A DNA stretch of 64,000 nt from Setoptus koraiensis (lineage: Eukaryota; Animalia; Arthropoda): contig CM106585.1 of NCBI GenBank assembly GCA_048013815.1, positions 16,554,001 to 16,618,000 on the forward strand, read 5' to 3'. Every line of letters starts with the position of its first letter. Positions within the stretch are counted from its first letter, which is position 1. Shown piece by piece: positions 1 through 12,943 of the stretch. Position numbers and translations under genes: made by a program. The notes beneath the pieces were generated by a model. That model had not been told where the DNA came from. It did no database searches and saw only the letters and a program-made list of their open reading frames with translations.

Positions 1-77
1 GACGCTCCCGTCGCACTCTGTTGGCCGTCGCCGCAGTTGGCGCTGCATCGGGAGCCGAGTGGCGATGCGAACGCTGC

Positions 78-97
78 CGCGACGGCGCGCCGTCGCG
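78..97. repeat. 20-bp perfect palindrome
   Basis: CGCGACGGCGCGCCGTCGCG equals its own reverse complement, checked base by base. Confidence 0.95.
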
Positions 98-117
98 CAT
101 TCGCGGCGCCCCTATGT

Positions 118-153
118 CCGACGGCGCGCACATGCGCATGTGCGCGCTGTCGG
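118..153. repeat. 36-bp near-perfect palindrome with a 24-bp perfect core (124-147)
   Basis: CCGACGGCGCGCACATGC|GCATGTGCGCGCTGTCGG; 17 of 18 pairs match, only 123/148 is G/T. Confidence 0.95.
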
Positions 154-635
154 CGAGCTCCTGTTGCGCCGCACCGCGAGCGACATGGCTCTGTGACGGG
201 AGTCCCGGCGCTAGAGTCTCCGAGCGGCGAGAGCCGCTTGGAACAGACACCGCCGCAACACTGTGTGCCGGGCAGAAACTGTGCAAATTGTGATCGCCCG
301 CGCCCAATGGCAATCGCTCGCCAGCTCAGCCCCTAACGAATCCAGTGACAAGCGTGACATATGTAAATAAACACGCCCGCTCGACAATGTTACTTGTTGT
401 CTCGACAACATCATCATATCTCGCTCCCCCAATTATTGCTCTATCGCTGTGCCGCCGCCGCCGATTCGACACACACTCGCTCGCTCGCCGGATCGGAGCG
501 GCGAGCGAGCCGCACGAGGCCGCTCGCAGCGACCCGCTCGGGCCCGCTCGCAACAGTGGCGCCGATGACAGGAACGGCGCAGATGAATTTCGACCTCAAC
601 CAGTTGAAATCACAGTTTGAAACGAGCCCGTCGGG

Positions 636-666
636 CGAATGCAAATCGATGATTGATTTGCATTCG
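636..666. repeat. 12-bp inverted repeat, 7-nt loop, each arm carrying an octamer motif
   Basis: CGAATGCAAATC (636-647) and GATTTGCATTCG (655-666); ATGCAAAT at 639-646 and ATTTGCAT at 656-663. Confidence 0.9.
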
Positions 667-1477
667 ATCAACTTGTCGAAACGTCGCCCGACATCCGCTC
701 TGGCCGACGCGAAGGCCCTCTGTCGGGCTGGTAGAGCGGCACTGCCCAGCCATTGGGTGCCAAGCCGCGCTTCTAGACTCTAGAATCTAGAGGCGAAATC
801 TCTCCGCCGAGCAGCGCCGCCCTCGCGGACCTGCGACCAAGCTCGCGCTGTGCGTTTTGCGAAACTGCGCGATATCCACGGCGACCGATGTGCCACTCAC
901 GATGTGCTGCACACGATGTGCACAGTGGCCAGCAGAGAGGCATACGGCGAGCGCTTGAAGGGTGCGCAAAAGTCCGCGCGCGAACAGCACCGGCTCGTCC
1001 CGACCGCTCCGCACCGCACGATGCGGCCCGTGAAACGGTCTCCCGTTCCAAGAATATCCGTCGGCGCTGTTGCGCTGAAAATGGATAAACGCTGTCGGCG
1101 CCGCTGTTGCGCTAAAAGGAGGTCACCACCAATTACCGACGAGACACTCGTCATCAATCAAGCAGCACGCCCACGCAATGGGACCCGCGCCAGGGTCAGC
1201 GACCAGGGCCGGCGCGACGAGTAGCGGACGGGCCGGGTCGGGCCGGGCCGAAATTGCGCGCTCCATCTATTTAAAGTGTGATATTGTGTTGCATTGTTGT
1301 TGCGTTTGCAGAAAACGCAACGAACAATTGTAAACGGGCTAGGTAAAGCGAAAATTGTTAATGCAGTTGGGGCGCCGACGGGCTCAATGGCGCCCCAAAT
1401 GACAAAGGCTCCACTGGCATGTGGCGGCGTCACATGTGTATAATTCAATCTTTTACCGCCAGCATCAGTTAACGGGT

Positions 1478-1507
1478 TGTGTGTGTGTGTGTGTGTGTGT
1501 GCGTGTG
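1478..1507. repeat. (GT)n microsatellite
   Basis: Direct reading; one of many CA/GT tracts in the window. Confidence 0.95.
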
Positions 1508-2307
1508 ATGAGTCATGATCGATTAGGTACGGCGCGCGTTATTGTGAAAGTCGCAAAAGTCGCTAGATGCCCGCGCTCGCCGCATCCGCCGCTCGCGCCG
1601 CATTTGCCGTGCCCGCTATGGCGCGGCCCGGCAACGTCTCGCGACCGGCCGCCAAGTGGCTAGGTGATGCACTAGCGGTGCAACTGGGGCGCTAAGTAGC
1701 GCCAGCGCCGCCGCCGCCGCCACTTATCACGCTAAACGAAAGCGAGTGCTGACACGAGCTCGCAATATATAAATTATATAAATAGTCGCGCGCGCGCGAC
1801 AATGACACCACAGAGCGGCCCGCTCTAATCTAGCCCGCATGATCTGGGTCTCAGGCCGAGTTACGCAACAGCGCCGCCGACCCGAGGGGGGGCCCCGCTG
1901 GCGTCGCCGGCCCGGCGCAATGCTGAAAGGTGACGAGCGGCCGCGACGGGCGATGCGCTGACGCGCTGACGAGCCGACGAGCCGAAAGTGCCTTTTAAAA
2001 CGTATTGCTGCCCCCCTACCCGTCTTGCCGTTTTGCCCGAGTCCCGCGTCCCGAGTCCCGCGTCGGGCGCGCGAGCTCGCAATTGATGATAAATATTTGC
2101 ATCATGGTGCCGTCATCGGGCTTGCCAGCCGCGTCACCGGGCAACTCGCTCGCTGCATAACTCTTGGCACCAGTGTCTCGCCGGCGGGCGCCACCTAACG
2201 GCGGTGCCGAGCCAAGTATTGCGTCATCATTGTCAGCCAGATATGGATGGACACTTTTCGGGATGATTGCGTAATGGAGTGAAAAAAGAAATTGTGTGTG
2301 TCGCTGC

Positions 2308-2452
2308 AAACAACAACAACAGCGACAACAGCGACGACAGCAACAACAGCGACGACAGCAACAACAGCGACGACAGCAACAACAGCGACGACAGCAACAA
2401 CAGCGACGACAGCAACAACAGCGACGACAGCAACAACAGCAACAACAACAAC
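2308..2452 (+). repeat. CAA/GAC/CAG compound microsatellite containing six exact 18-bp units
   Basis: AGCGACGACAGCAACAAC repeated six times exactly at 2330-2437, flanked by CAA runs. Confidence 0.95.
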
Positions 2453-4716
2453 TCGCAGCGCGCGCTAATGTATGACGGTGATCTATTGTTGTCGGCGTGG
2501 GGGTCGCCGGCAATCGCAATCGAGCTGGCAACAACAACCGCCGCGACAACAGTGAATTTATTTATTTTCCATCCCGCTCGCTAGCCGGCTCGCCGGGCCA
2601 TGATTGATGTGTGCAATGATTATCACACCAGCCCGGCGTTGATCGGGCCCGCTGGCCCCCTTTCGGCGGCCTGCATCGCGGGCGGCGGCAACTGGCGACC
2701 CGCTCGCGTCGTCGGGCGCTCGCCCGGCGATTGCCGCGCCACTGGGCGATTGTTTTGGCGCGCCCGTGCGAGTGGCGCCGCAATCGCTCATTTCAATTGT
2801 GTTTGTCTAGTTACGGATGCGCGGCGCGGCGCCCGCCTCTCTCGCGGGTCGCCTCGTCTAAGGTCAGCCCGGGCCGGGCGACACACAGCGGCCGCAGATA
2901 ACAGACGATAACTTGATAACTGGCTTGACATCGGGCGGCAGCGATAAGCAGTTGCGACCGACCACAATCACTATGGAGAAATTAATATTATGCAAGAGCG
3001 CCCTCAGCCGCCTGGCGGTGCCACAGCCAAGCGTTAGCGGGTTTGGGGCGCCCGCAAGGGGCGATCTAAGCGCGCCAGAGCTATATTGATGCGGCGCAAA
3101 AGAGAAAAAGCTTTCAATTTGGGGCCGGCGTGTGCGGCCAAAAAGACACTAAGTGCGGCGAGAGCGCCCACGTTGGTGCCGGCGCCGGGGCCGCCAGGCG
3201 GGCCGGCCCGCCAGCCGGCCGGCGTTTTGTGCGGCCGGCGGTGTGCCGACCGGCCAGCGGTCTGATTGATCGGGCTAGCGCTGGCCAGCGTGGGCGCCGC
3301 CTGGCGCATTTATGCCACTGCTGTGGCGGCGCCCCGTCGGCCATTATAGTCGGCGGGCGTGCGACGCGTGACGCAACAAAACGAAACAAGACGGCCTAAT
3401 AAGTGGCCAGGCGGGTCCGGCGGGCTGAGCCCGCTATCGCGGCGGCGGCTGCGGCGGCCGGGAAATGCACGCGCACCGGGCACACAATGGGCCCCAATGG
3501 CACAAAAATGCACGCTCGTCGCCGGCGAGACAATGATGGCGAGCGCTCCGTTGAATGAATAAATATTACGCAATGGCAACGACAAACAATGGCCAACGGA
3601 CGGATTGGCATGCTCAAGTTGGCATTGTGGTGCTGCTGTTGTTGTTGTTGCGGTCGTTGTGCTGCCGTCTCATTGATGGTTTCGCTTGATCGCCAATCAC
3701 ACAACAATTGCCGGCTGGCGGGCTGACCAGCGAGCGGGCCGGCGGCCAATATCCACACCGGCCCGCACGCAAGTGTATCAATATTTATACTTTGGTGATT
3801 GTTGCACGACGCAACCAACAATGATTGTTGGTTGCGCAACAATCACGCCGATTTCGCATAGTAATAGTTGCTTGCTGGCGCGCTGGCCAGACAGCGCCCG
3901 ACAGACAGACAGACAGACAGACGGCCGGTCGCACGAAGAGTCGCACGTAATGTGGATGCATTAGCGACTTCCGGTCATCTCGGGCCGCGTGAGTGATGCG
4001 TTTCTAACGTGACCGCGGGCGCGCACAAACAACTGCAGCGCCACCTGCTGCTGGGCTCGAGTTTGTTGAGTGGGGTGGCGCGCACAATATTGGGCAAACA
4101 ACATCATTTTTTGGGTACGTGCGCCCGTCACTCACCGCGTGCGTGTGTGCGGGCGCGTCGGCGGCCGCGACAGCAACATTCCGCCGCCGCCACGGGAGCT
4201 ACGCACACACTATGAGAATATCAAAGACTCACTGTTTGCGTGGCTAGCCGGCAGGGGGGTCGGTCGTGCCGGCGTCGGCCGGCAACTCAACGGGAGCGTC
4301 TCGGCGAGCAAATGGGTCCAGCGTGACGCCGACACACACACACACACGCCGAGCGGAAGTTGGAGCGTGCAAAATTTGATATGATCGATATATGGCGCAC
4401 AATGCTGCACATATCGCACAAGGTGAAGATGGCGCGAGTATGTAAACAACGGCGACAACAACAACAACAACAACAATAACACACATTGCATAACTATGAA
4501 TCATCGGCGTGCGGCGGAATTATGTAAAAAATGCTGCAGCCGGCGCCCCAAATGCCAGCGATTGTGTGTGATTGTGGCGCTAGAAATGTCGCTATGTGCC
4601 CAGACAGGCAGCAATGTGACAAACGACAAACAACAACAACAACAACGACAGCGTTCGTGTCATGATGATGGGTTGGGCGTCGCAGGCTGTTACGCAATAC
4701 TCAGCGTCAAGTCGCG

Positions 4717-4722
4717 CCACAA

Positions 4723-4754
<32 letters not shown>

Positions 4755-4761
4755 ACAACAA

Positions 4762-4819
<58 letters not shown>

Positions 4820-4833
4820 GGCAACTGCAACAA
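4717..4833 (+). repeat. CAA/CAG microsatellite grading into (AACAGC)n
   Basis: Direct reading. Confidence 0.95.
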
Positions 4834-4924
4834 CGAACTGCTTCCGGTTTGTTGTTGGTCGGCGCCACTTGACGAGTGTGTGACGCGTTATCATTCCTTC
4901 GAGTTTCTGCCTGGCTCGGCTGCT

Positions 4925-5074
4925 CTCGTCGGCGCCTAGCTCTCGTTCGCGACTCGCACTCGTCGGCGCCTAGCTCCCGTTCGCGACTCGCACTCGTCGG
5001 CGCCTAGCTCCCGTTCGCGACTCGCACTCGTCGGCGCCTAGCTCCCGTTCGCGAGTCGCGACTCGCTCGCGAAC
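4925..5074. repeat. 34-bp minisatellite (about 3.8 copies) ending in a palindrome and inverted repeat
   Basis: Unit CTCGTCGGCGCCTAGCTCCCGTTCGCGACTCGCA at 4925, 4959, 4993 and 5027 (partial). Palindrome CGAGTCGCGACTCG at 5052-5065; 9-bp inverted repeat 5047-5055/5066-5074. Confidence 0.95.
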
Positions 5075-6268
5075 CGAGAATTTCGAGCTGGAATCTGGCC
5101 GAGACGCCAACGCGAATGTGCTCACGTTATTTGTGTGTGGCATCACAATAGCACAATGGCCAATCTCTGCTCGTCGTCACAACAATTCCAGTTTATTATT
5201 ATTATTATTTTGATTTGAAATACGCATACACGGTGCCGGTCTAAATATTCATCACACCGACATGACAACAATATTACAGTTATTGGCGCCGCCGTGGCTA
5301 CACCCGTGCGGCCCGACAACGAGCAACGGGCGCCTTTGATGGATCTGTGCGCTTGTGACAAAGACGGCCCCTAGCGACTAGATTATTATTAACATTTACA
5401 TAGTTTACACAGATCACAACAAGCGCCGCGACGGGTTAGATCGGATGGCCAGATCGGGCCGGGACCGGGGCCGGGGCCGGGTCGGGTGCCGCCTGTGTGC
5501 GGGGGCCAGCACTGTAATCATGTCGATTACAGTGCCGGCTCGTCGTCACGATGCATATCAATCAATAATAGTGGCGCGCACATAACTCATCATGCAAATT
5601 ATATTATGAAAATGGGCACCAACGATGATTGTTTATCATATATTATCAACTGGGTCAATATTTGCCCCCTACTTGCGCAATGTTTGCAATCGCCATTGTT
5701 CCCGTAGCCGCAACCCGTTATAGGTTGCGGCCCGGCCGAGCCGCTTGCAACGGTTCGCGGGCCCGCGCCGCCGTTTGTGGGCCCGGCCCGCGAGCCGTTC
5801 GGGCCGCCGGCTCAATTTTGAGAGGCCGCCGACTCAGCGCCGACCCAGCGCCGATCAAGCGCCGGCTAACCCGCAACTAACCGCCAATAATGGCCACCGC
5901 TAATCACATAATTGGGCGCATAATTGCCGCTAACCGAACCCTTATCCTCCCACTTGATTCCAACTTGGAATTTGCAAGTGGCGCGAACAGGTAAACAGGG
6001 GCATATTGAGCCAAGTGAGCCAGTGATTTGGCCGCTCAACCGCGTGCGGGGGCCGCCGAATTCAATTGGCGGCCGGCAGGCCGCACTTGAAACAGGATAT
6101 GCCGGATATGATGCCGACAGCGCGGTCGGCGGGCGGTTTTTCCCGATCTGTGAACGTCGAGCGGGGGAGGAGAGATGCGCAAAAGGTTTGTCAATGTTTG
6201 CTGCCGATGGCGCCAGCGACGACAACGAGGCACGCAACGAATCACGGGTTACGGCTCTTAACGGCGTA

Positions 6269-6337
6269 ACTTACCTGTGCGCAAAGGATAAACAATGAAC
6301 AGGGTGAATGTCGGGCAAAAGTGTCGCGTTTGGCCCC
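6269..6337 (-). other. Candidate recursive splice site (ratchet point): 3' splice site directly followed by a 5' splice site
   Basis: Minus strand reads ...CACCCTGTTCATTGTTTATCCTTTGCGCACAG|GTAAGTT. AG at 6276-6275, GTAAGT at 6274-6269, and no other AG in the 61 nt upstream (6277-6337). Confidence 0.55.
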
Positions 6338-8965
6338 CTGGCCGGCCCGTCATCGTGTGGCGATAATCGCGTAACTGCTCAAACACACACTCCACTGAGC
6401 TGTAGTTGTTGTGTCCGGCTGTCAAACGCTTGACAACGACAACAACAACAACGGCGAGCTTGTTAATATTGTCCAAATCGGATTATTGACCGCTTAATGG
6501 GCCCCTATTAGACCTGCGGCGCGACTCGGTCGGCTGCCGCCGGGGCCCCAATTAACCGATGGGCCTTTGCTCATTGATTGGGCACAATCAATGAATGCAT
6601 AATGGCCGCGCCGGCTTAATCTCGCCAACACGAACAACTAAACAACAACCGTGCCGCCCCCCACCCCCCGGGTGTCCGGCGTTTACCTGGCGAGCGCTGT
6701 TACGATCCAATAGAATAGCTCTGTCTGTAATGGGCCAACCAATGGTGCGTGGGCGACCAAAATAACAGCACCAAACAATGGGCACGAAGGGCAACTATCG
6801 ATGGGGGGCGCCGCGAGCGATTGAGCCGTGCCGGGCGGACAAAAGATGGCTACTTGACTCATTGTGTGCATCTGTTTAAGTGGCACGCGGTGCCCGGCAG
6901 CCGCTCGTCCGCTCGGTGCCCGGCAGTCGTACGGCACAGAGGATTGTCGGATTCGGCCAGAACCTCTTGCCTCTTGCACCGATCCAAGCTCGAGTGCGGG
7001 CCGGCCCGAGCGGAAGCGGCCCCATCGATGTGCTTGACCACTTGACCGGCGCTATCGCGCCACCCAATCTGGTTGCGCCCGACTCGTGACAGTGATATCA
7101 TTGTGATACGAGCGGTCGGGCCGGCTTGTTTGCCCACTTGTGTCTGTGCATTTGTGTGTCCGTGCAAGCGTGTTTGTGTGCACCCCCTGGCCGCCGCCAA
7201 TGTGCGCCGTTTATTTGATTGTTTATCTTGATTGCGTCAGTGGGCCCCACTGGCGCCAACAACGCGCACTACAGTGCAAATACAAAAGTTAACACAGTCA
7301 CGGGGGCCAAATGAGGCGGCGGATTTGTTGTCCCGACTGGACAGCGCACAGTCCAGAGTGCTCATTTATTTCGGGCCGGCCGGCCGGCCGCTCGGACTGC
7401 GGCCAATCGGGCGGCCGAGGCGCACTGTAGCAACTGGCCCGGCTGTCAATTTGGGGGCGCACTGTGGCGCCACTGGCGAGCGGGCAAGTGATGCGGACCC
7501 AGATGGAGATGACATTGATGGTTTGCGCTGACCATGATTAGGTCGTTGGTGGCAAATCTCTTTTTTATTTATGAGAAATCAACCTTGACTTTAACTGCCA
7601 TCGGATACTGGCCGCCGTCGCATAGCTCGCTCCCATTCAATTGTGCCCGGCGCTGCCATGGGCGCCGCAATGGGCGCCGGGCACAATTGAGCCGGCCCGC
7701 CACACGAGCCCGGCGCCACTGCACACACAGTAATAATAACTTGTTGTCCATTACTGTCCGCTAGACAATGGTAAACAATCATTTGACTAGCAATCGCGCG
7801 GATTGGGGGGGGGGCGGCGGCCAATTGGCAGCGAGCAAACAAACGACAAGCGCAAGCGAAAAAGGCGCGCGCAAACAAACGCGGGCTCGTCGATCGCATC
7901 GGGCTGGCGCAATCCGAAATTTCGCTCGGGCCCCGCCGCTGACCGAGCGGCACCAAAACAAAAAGATGGAGCGCCGATGATGGCGGCATAACGGCCGAGC
8001 GACGCCACAATTGAAGCGAGCTGAATCAATCATCTGGCTCATCGCCGATGCGCCCCCTACATCTTACATAATCTGCGAGTTGGCGGGCGCACTTTGTCGC
8101 CGTGGGCCGCCGCGGGTCGCCCTGGTCCGCTGCGGGCCGCCCTGGTCGGCCGCGGGTCGCCATAGGTCGCCGCAAGTCGCTATGCGCCGCCATCCCGGCC
8201 GCCGCTCGGCCGGGACTTGCGAGCGTGCACGTCGCTATAGGTTCAAAATTGCGCCCATCGCACACACACACACACGCACACGCACGCAGTGTTGGATCGG
8301 GGGGCCAAATGAGGGAGATGCAAGGGGGCCCAAATCAGAGCATAATGACAGGCTTAATGTGGTGAAATTTTTCGCTAAGCTCGCGCGGGGGCCGAGGGGG
8401 CGCGCAACACACTAACAAGTGCGCACGACAAGACAACAACTGTTAGCCCGATTGAGCGGGGGCTGCAATGATGCAACCACTTATGCATTTATTCTTATGG
8501 CATCGCCATAGAGCTGGCGAGCTAGCGAGCTGGCGAGCTGCCCGAGCGCGAGTCTTGGCACGGCCGCTCGGGCCGGGTCTTAACGTGGCGCGCGGCCGCC
8601 GAAAACGAGTTCGTTTTGGCGAGTTCGGGGCCCCGAACTTGCCAAAACGAATGGCACTAACAACAGACAGTGACATTCATGCGCTACAATTATTAATCGC
8701 TGGCAGACGCGCAAACAAACAAGCAACCAAACAAAGAAACAAACGGTCTGTCGGGCCGCCGGGCTATATCGAGCCCGTGCGGCTTGCGCACTAATCTGCT
8801 TAATTACGGCCGCTTGTTTTATGACAAAAACTAATCGAGCATCGTGCGCCCCAATTGCCTCTGTCTGGCTCGGCGCTCGGGCAAGTGTCACTGTGGCGCG
8901 TCTCAATGCGCCCCTCAGATGAGCGCCCCGATAGCCGGCGAACCGGCATCGCGCGGAACTGGCGC

Positions 8966-9046
8966 CACCAGCGATCGCACAATTGGGCAGCTGACCAGCG
9001 ATTGCACAACTGGGTAGCTGACCAGCGATTGCGTAACTGGGTAACT
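8966..9046. repeat. 27-bp minisatellite, 3 copies
   Basis: Consensus GACCAGCGATTGCACAACTGGGTAGCT at 8966, 8993, 9020. Confidence 0.9.
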
Positions 9047-9630
9047 GCACAGCGGATAACGTGCTGCCTCTACACTTGGCTGTGCACTTATGCCGGCGCC
9101 TAATGCGCGTAATGCCGGCGCCCAGTGCGCGCAATGCCGGCCCGTCCAAATTCAATTTCAGTTCCGCCTTGGGGGCGCCAACACGGCGCACGCACTGCTC
9201 GTGGCCGACGTTTTGTTGTTGCTGCTGTCTATCAAAACGAGCTAACCGGCTCGCAATTGTCAAATCAATGTTGCTCGCCAGTCGCCACACTGTGCACTTG
9301 TTAACCCGGCCACCCACGGCCCACTGGCCAAACAATTAATTAGTGTAATTACCGGCCATGTCCATTGGTAGCTGGCTCGTGTTGTTTTGGTTATTTTGGC
9401 TTGATTGACTCATTACTCTCATTTCCATCATGCCGTCAACCATACATAATTATGCCGCCAACTTGCGCACAGCGCGGCACAGCACCCGCTCGTCACAGTA
9501 AAATTGAAAACTGCGCCCTCATTACGGTGCGCGGCGACCCCTTCCGCCAGTTGGGCCCACCATACGTGGCCCCCATCTGGCGGCACAGTCTCAATATTTG
9601 GCTCAATATTTGGCGGCCCGGCGAGCGCAC

Positions 9631-9680
9631 AACCGGCGAATAGGCGAACCGGCGAACCGACGAACCGGCGAACAGGCGAA
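9631..9680. repeat. 8-bp tandem repeat (AACCGGCG), 6 copies
   Basis: Direct reading; some copies carry 1-2 substitutions. Confidence 0.9.
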
Positions 9681-11090
9681 AAACGACCGGTCAGGCGCAG
9701 TGCCCTTTCACGGTGCCCTTTCATCGTGCCCGGGCGGAGATTGCGGTCGGATCCGGGCAAATTCTTCTGATTCAATCGATCCTTCGTCACAGCCTCGGGC
9801 CCCCGTTTAACTTGTTGATTGTCGTTGGCGGGCCGCTGCTCATGGCGCCCGTCACGAGCCGACGTGAGATCGGCAGAGCACCAAATGACCGGCACACGCT
9901 GAAAGTCGCAAACTTCGCCAAATATCGACAATGCGTATTTGGCGATAAATATTATTCATGTGCAATCGGTCTCGGCCAAACTGGCCCCAATGACGCCACT
10001 AACAACGACCGACTTCAGCCGGTCATGTTTTGTTTTGTATCGGCGAGCTGAATTTCAAGTAAACTGGCTTCAATCGCCTGGTGGCGGATATATCGCACGG
10101 TGGCGGGGCCTCTTTTGGCGCCGCTCCAGGGCGCCATCTGATGGCGAGATGTGCGACGCAAAATTCTGTGAGCTTACGTCTGTGTGCAGCCCTATTGTTT
10201 TGTGCCCGCTTTCAGTGAGCAACGCCCGCAATAGAGGGCGCTCTGGTCGCTGTGCCTGGGCACAAATGATGAAAAAAAGTGGCCCCTCAGCGCCCCAATT
10301 AAACAACGCTGTCGCTGCCAGTCGCTAATGCTCTACACAAATATACATTATGCAACAAATCTGTGTTGCGTCGCGGTTTCGCCCGCTGTGCGGATTACAT
10401 AATAAACATAATAAAGCAAGGAAAACAAAGCAATTGTGTTAAATATCTGAGCCATTTAACTCGATAGCAATTTCAGCTATCAATTATTGATGTACAAGCG
10501 GCGCGCAATTTCGGCTACAGCCACTAGAGCCGCCGTTACAAGGTTTAATAAGTGACTGAATTATGTTACGTAATGCTAATGTTGGACGGCCCCATGGAGC
10601 GACGCAACGCCGAGGCGCTTTGGATTGGCCCAATCCAAACAACAGATGGCAAGCGGCAACAACAACAACAACGGAAACAATAACACACTAATTAACGTAC
10701 TGTTTGTTGGCAATCGATCATGTTGTTCGAGTTTGATGATGATGTCACTGCGTGAGCTCATGTGAGCTGGCCCAAATAAGGTCAGCGGTATCAACGAGTG
10801 GCGTTGCTGCGTCGGGCGGGGGGGGGCGCCCCAAACAAGCAACACATTATGCAACAGAGCGCGCGGTTTGTTGCAACAAACTATTGCGGGATTGCCGAGA
10901 TTTATGTATAATTATCATTTTCATCGTTTTAATGAGTTGTCGGTGGGCTCGGCGCGGCGCACAGTGCGCACCCTGGCACAACAATACCAATGGCGCAATG
11001 GTGTGCGGCTCGGCCGTCGATGCCGCCCCGCAATTGCGGGGCGCACGCGGAAGCGGTCTGCGCACAACGCGCACAGCGCGCCCCAATTGC

Positions 11091-11186
11091 TATTTGGTGA
11101 GCGGTGTTTGGCGAGCGGTGTTTGGCGAGCAATATTTGGTGAACGATATCTGGTATATATCTGGTATTTGGTGCTTCACCAAATAT
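11091..11186. repeat. 14-bp tandem repeat (4 copies) closed by an inverted copy
   Basis: TRTTTGGYGAGCGG-like units from 11091; ATATTTGGTGAA (11132-11143) is the reverse complement of TTCACCAAATAT (11175-11186). Confidence 0.9.
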
Positions 11187-12736
11187 CCGTGTGAGCAGCG
11201 GATTTTGTAATAACAGCATTCAGCTGAGGGGGACACTTTTTGCAAACAGTGTTGCCCTGTCGGCCTAATAACTAAGGGCGATGGTCGCGCCCCGTAACGA
11301 TGATGTCGCGGTGATAGCAGCGCCCGCTGGCGCTCGTTTGCTCGCGGGCCCGACGGAGGGGCCCGCAAGCAGCGCCGCCTAGGCCGCCACCAAATTATTG
11401 GCCGCCTAGGCCGCCATCACGTGGTTACTGGCCGGCACGTGCGTCCGCTTAGTCGCGACGGCAAATAGAGCGCGGCGCTGGCCGCGGCGTTTGACGAGCT
11501 GCCAAAAGTGGTATGACAAGCGCGACCGCTTACGCGCAACCAATACCGCCGCTGTCCGGCCCGTCACTCGTCGGCTGGCTTATGGTTTATCCGGCCAGTG
11601 GCCCGGCCGACCTTGGTCGGCCGGCCCGCTGCTCGGCTGGCCGCGCCGCCCGCCCGCCCGCCCGGCTGGCCGGAGCATGCAAATGCAAAATGTGTTGTCG
11701 GCCGCAATTGAGCCGAGATTCCGCCGCATGATGAATTGAGCAAACAACAGCCGACAACACAGTCGCGCTGCAACATCGAGCCCACGGGCCCCTCTAGTGG
11801 AGCATGTCGACAGGCCCGGTTCGTATTCACACCTAATGTAGATTATCCGCCGCTGCCGCCGCCGCCGCGCTGACAAGACAGATAAATCAGGAATGCCTCT
11901 TGAGGCGTGCGCGTTTCCCCTCGTCTCAAAAAGGTTTGGATATTTATATACGAGTGCGTCTTAACGAGCTCGAATTGCCCGTGTTTTCCCGGCGCTGGCT
12001 GGCCGGCTGGCTGGCCGACTGACTGGCTGGCTGGCTGGCGAGTGTTTCCGGGCGCAAACGATCGAAGGAGAGGGGCCCCATTTATAACGTGCCCACACTG
12101 CTAATTCTTGTGTATGTGTGCGCAGTGGCTTTATTTATCTAGCTGTGTGTGTGTGCGTGTGACTTGTCTTCTATTTATTTATACTCTGCCGTTGGCCGCA
12201 AACATTGGGGCCCCTCCGCCGCCGCGGCTAGTTAGTTAGTCTGGCTGGCTCGAGTGGCTGCCCAATCAACAACCCACTGGCGCCGCCGACAAGCGTCGAA
12301 ACTCTTTGTTGGCCGCAAATCGCTCGCAACCCGTCATCGAGGGCCCACAAATGAATGCGAAACTGCAAAAATATAATCGCGCTATCGGCGCGCGTTGTTG
12401 GTGCACGCCATTCAAGTCACAAATGATCTCACGTGATTGACCGGCTCGCCAACAAATCGCGCACCCTCGGGTACGTAACGTGCGAAACGGCACAATGGGC
12501 CGCACAGGTACAGCGATATATTGAGCAGACGTCATTTAAATGAGATGAGTTATGTACACCGTGAGATATAGCGACCAGCGCGCCACCACTGGCCCATGAT
12601 CAGATATCATAATATGTTTGTTATGTGTGTTGGGCGCGACACTCTCAAGCGTCACTCATAACTTTGTCCGTTTGCCTCCAGGGGCCGATTGTAGCCAACT
12701 TGATAAGGTTGCGCAACCGACAATTGTTCCCAGCAC

Positions 12737-12767
<31 letters not shown>

Positions 12768-12782
12768 GACAACAACAACGGC

Positions 12783-12859
<77 letters not shown>

Positions 12860-12875
12860 CGGCAACAACAACGAC
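12737..12875 (+). repeat. Long (CAA)n microsatellite, about 26 uninterrupted units at 12782-12859
   Basis: Direct reading; source of the poly-N/T/V/L pseudo-ORFs here. Confidence 0.97.
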
Positions 12876-12943
12876 GCCTTTGTGTCCAGTTCCTGCGGGC
12901 GTCCGCTCAAACAAAACGCTCATCGCCAGCCAGGCAGGCTCGC

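Noticed and set aside
4925-5074. CRISPR-like appearance of the 34-bp array (also the 30-bp arrays at 34001 and 50971)
   Set aside because: Units are head-to-tail with no unique spacers and no cas-like ORFs; these are minisatellites.
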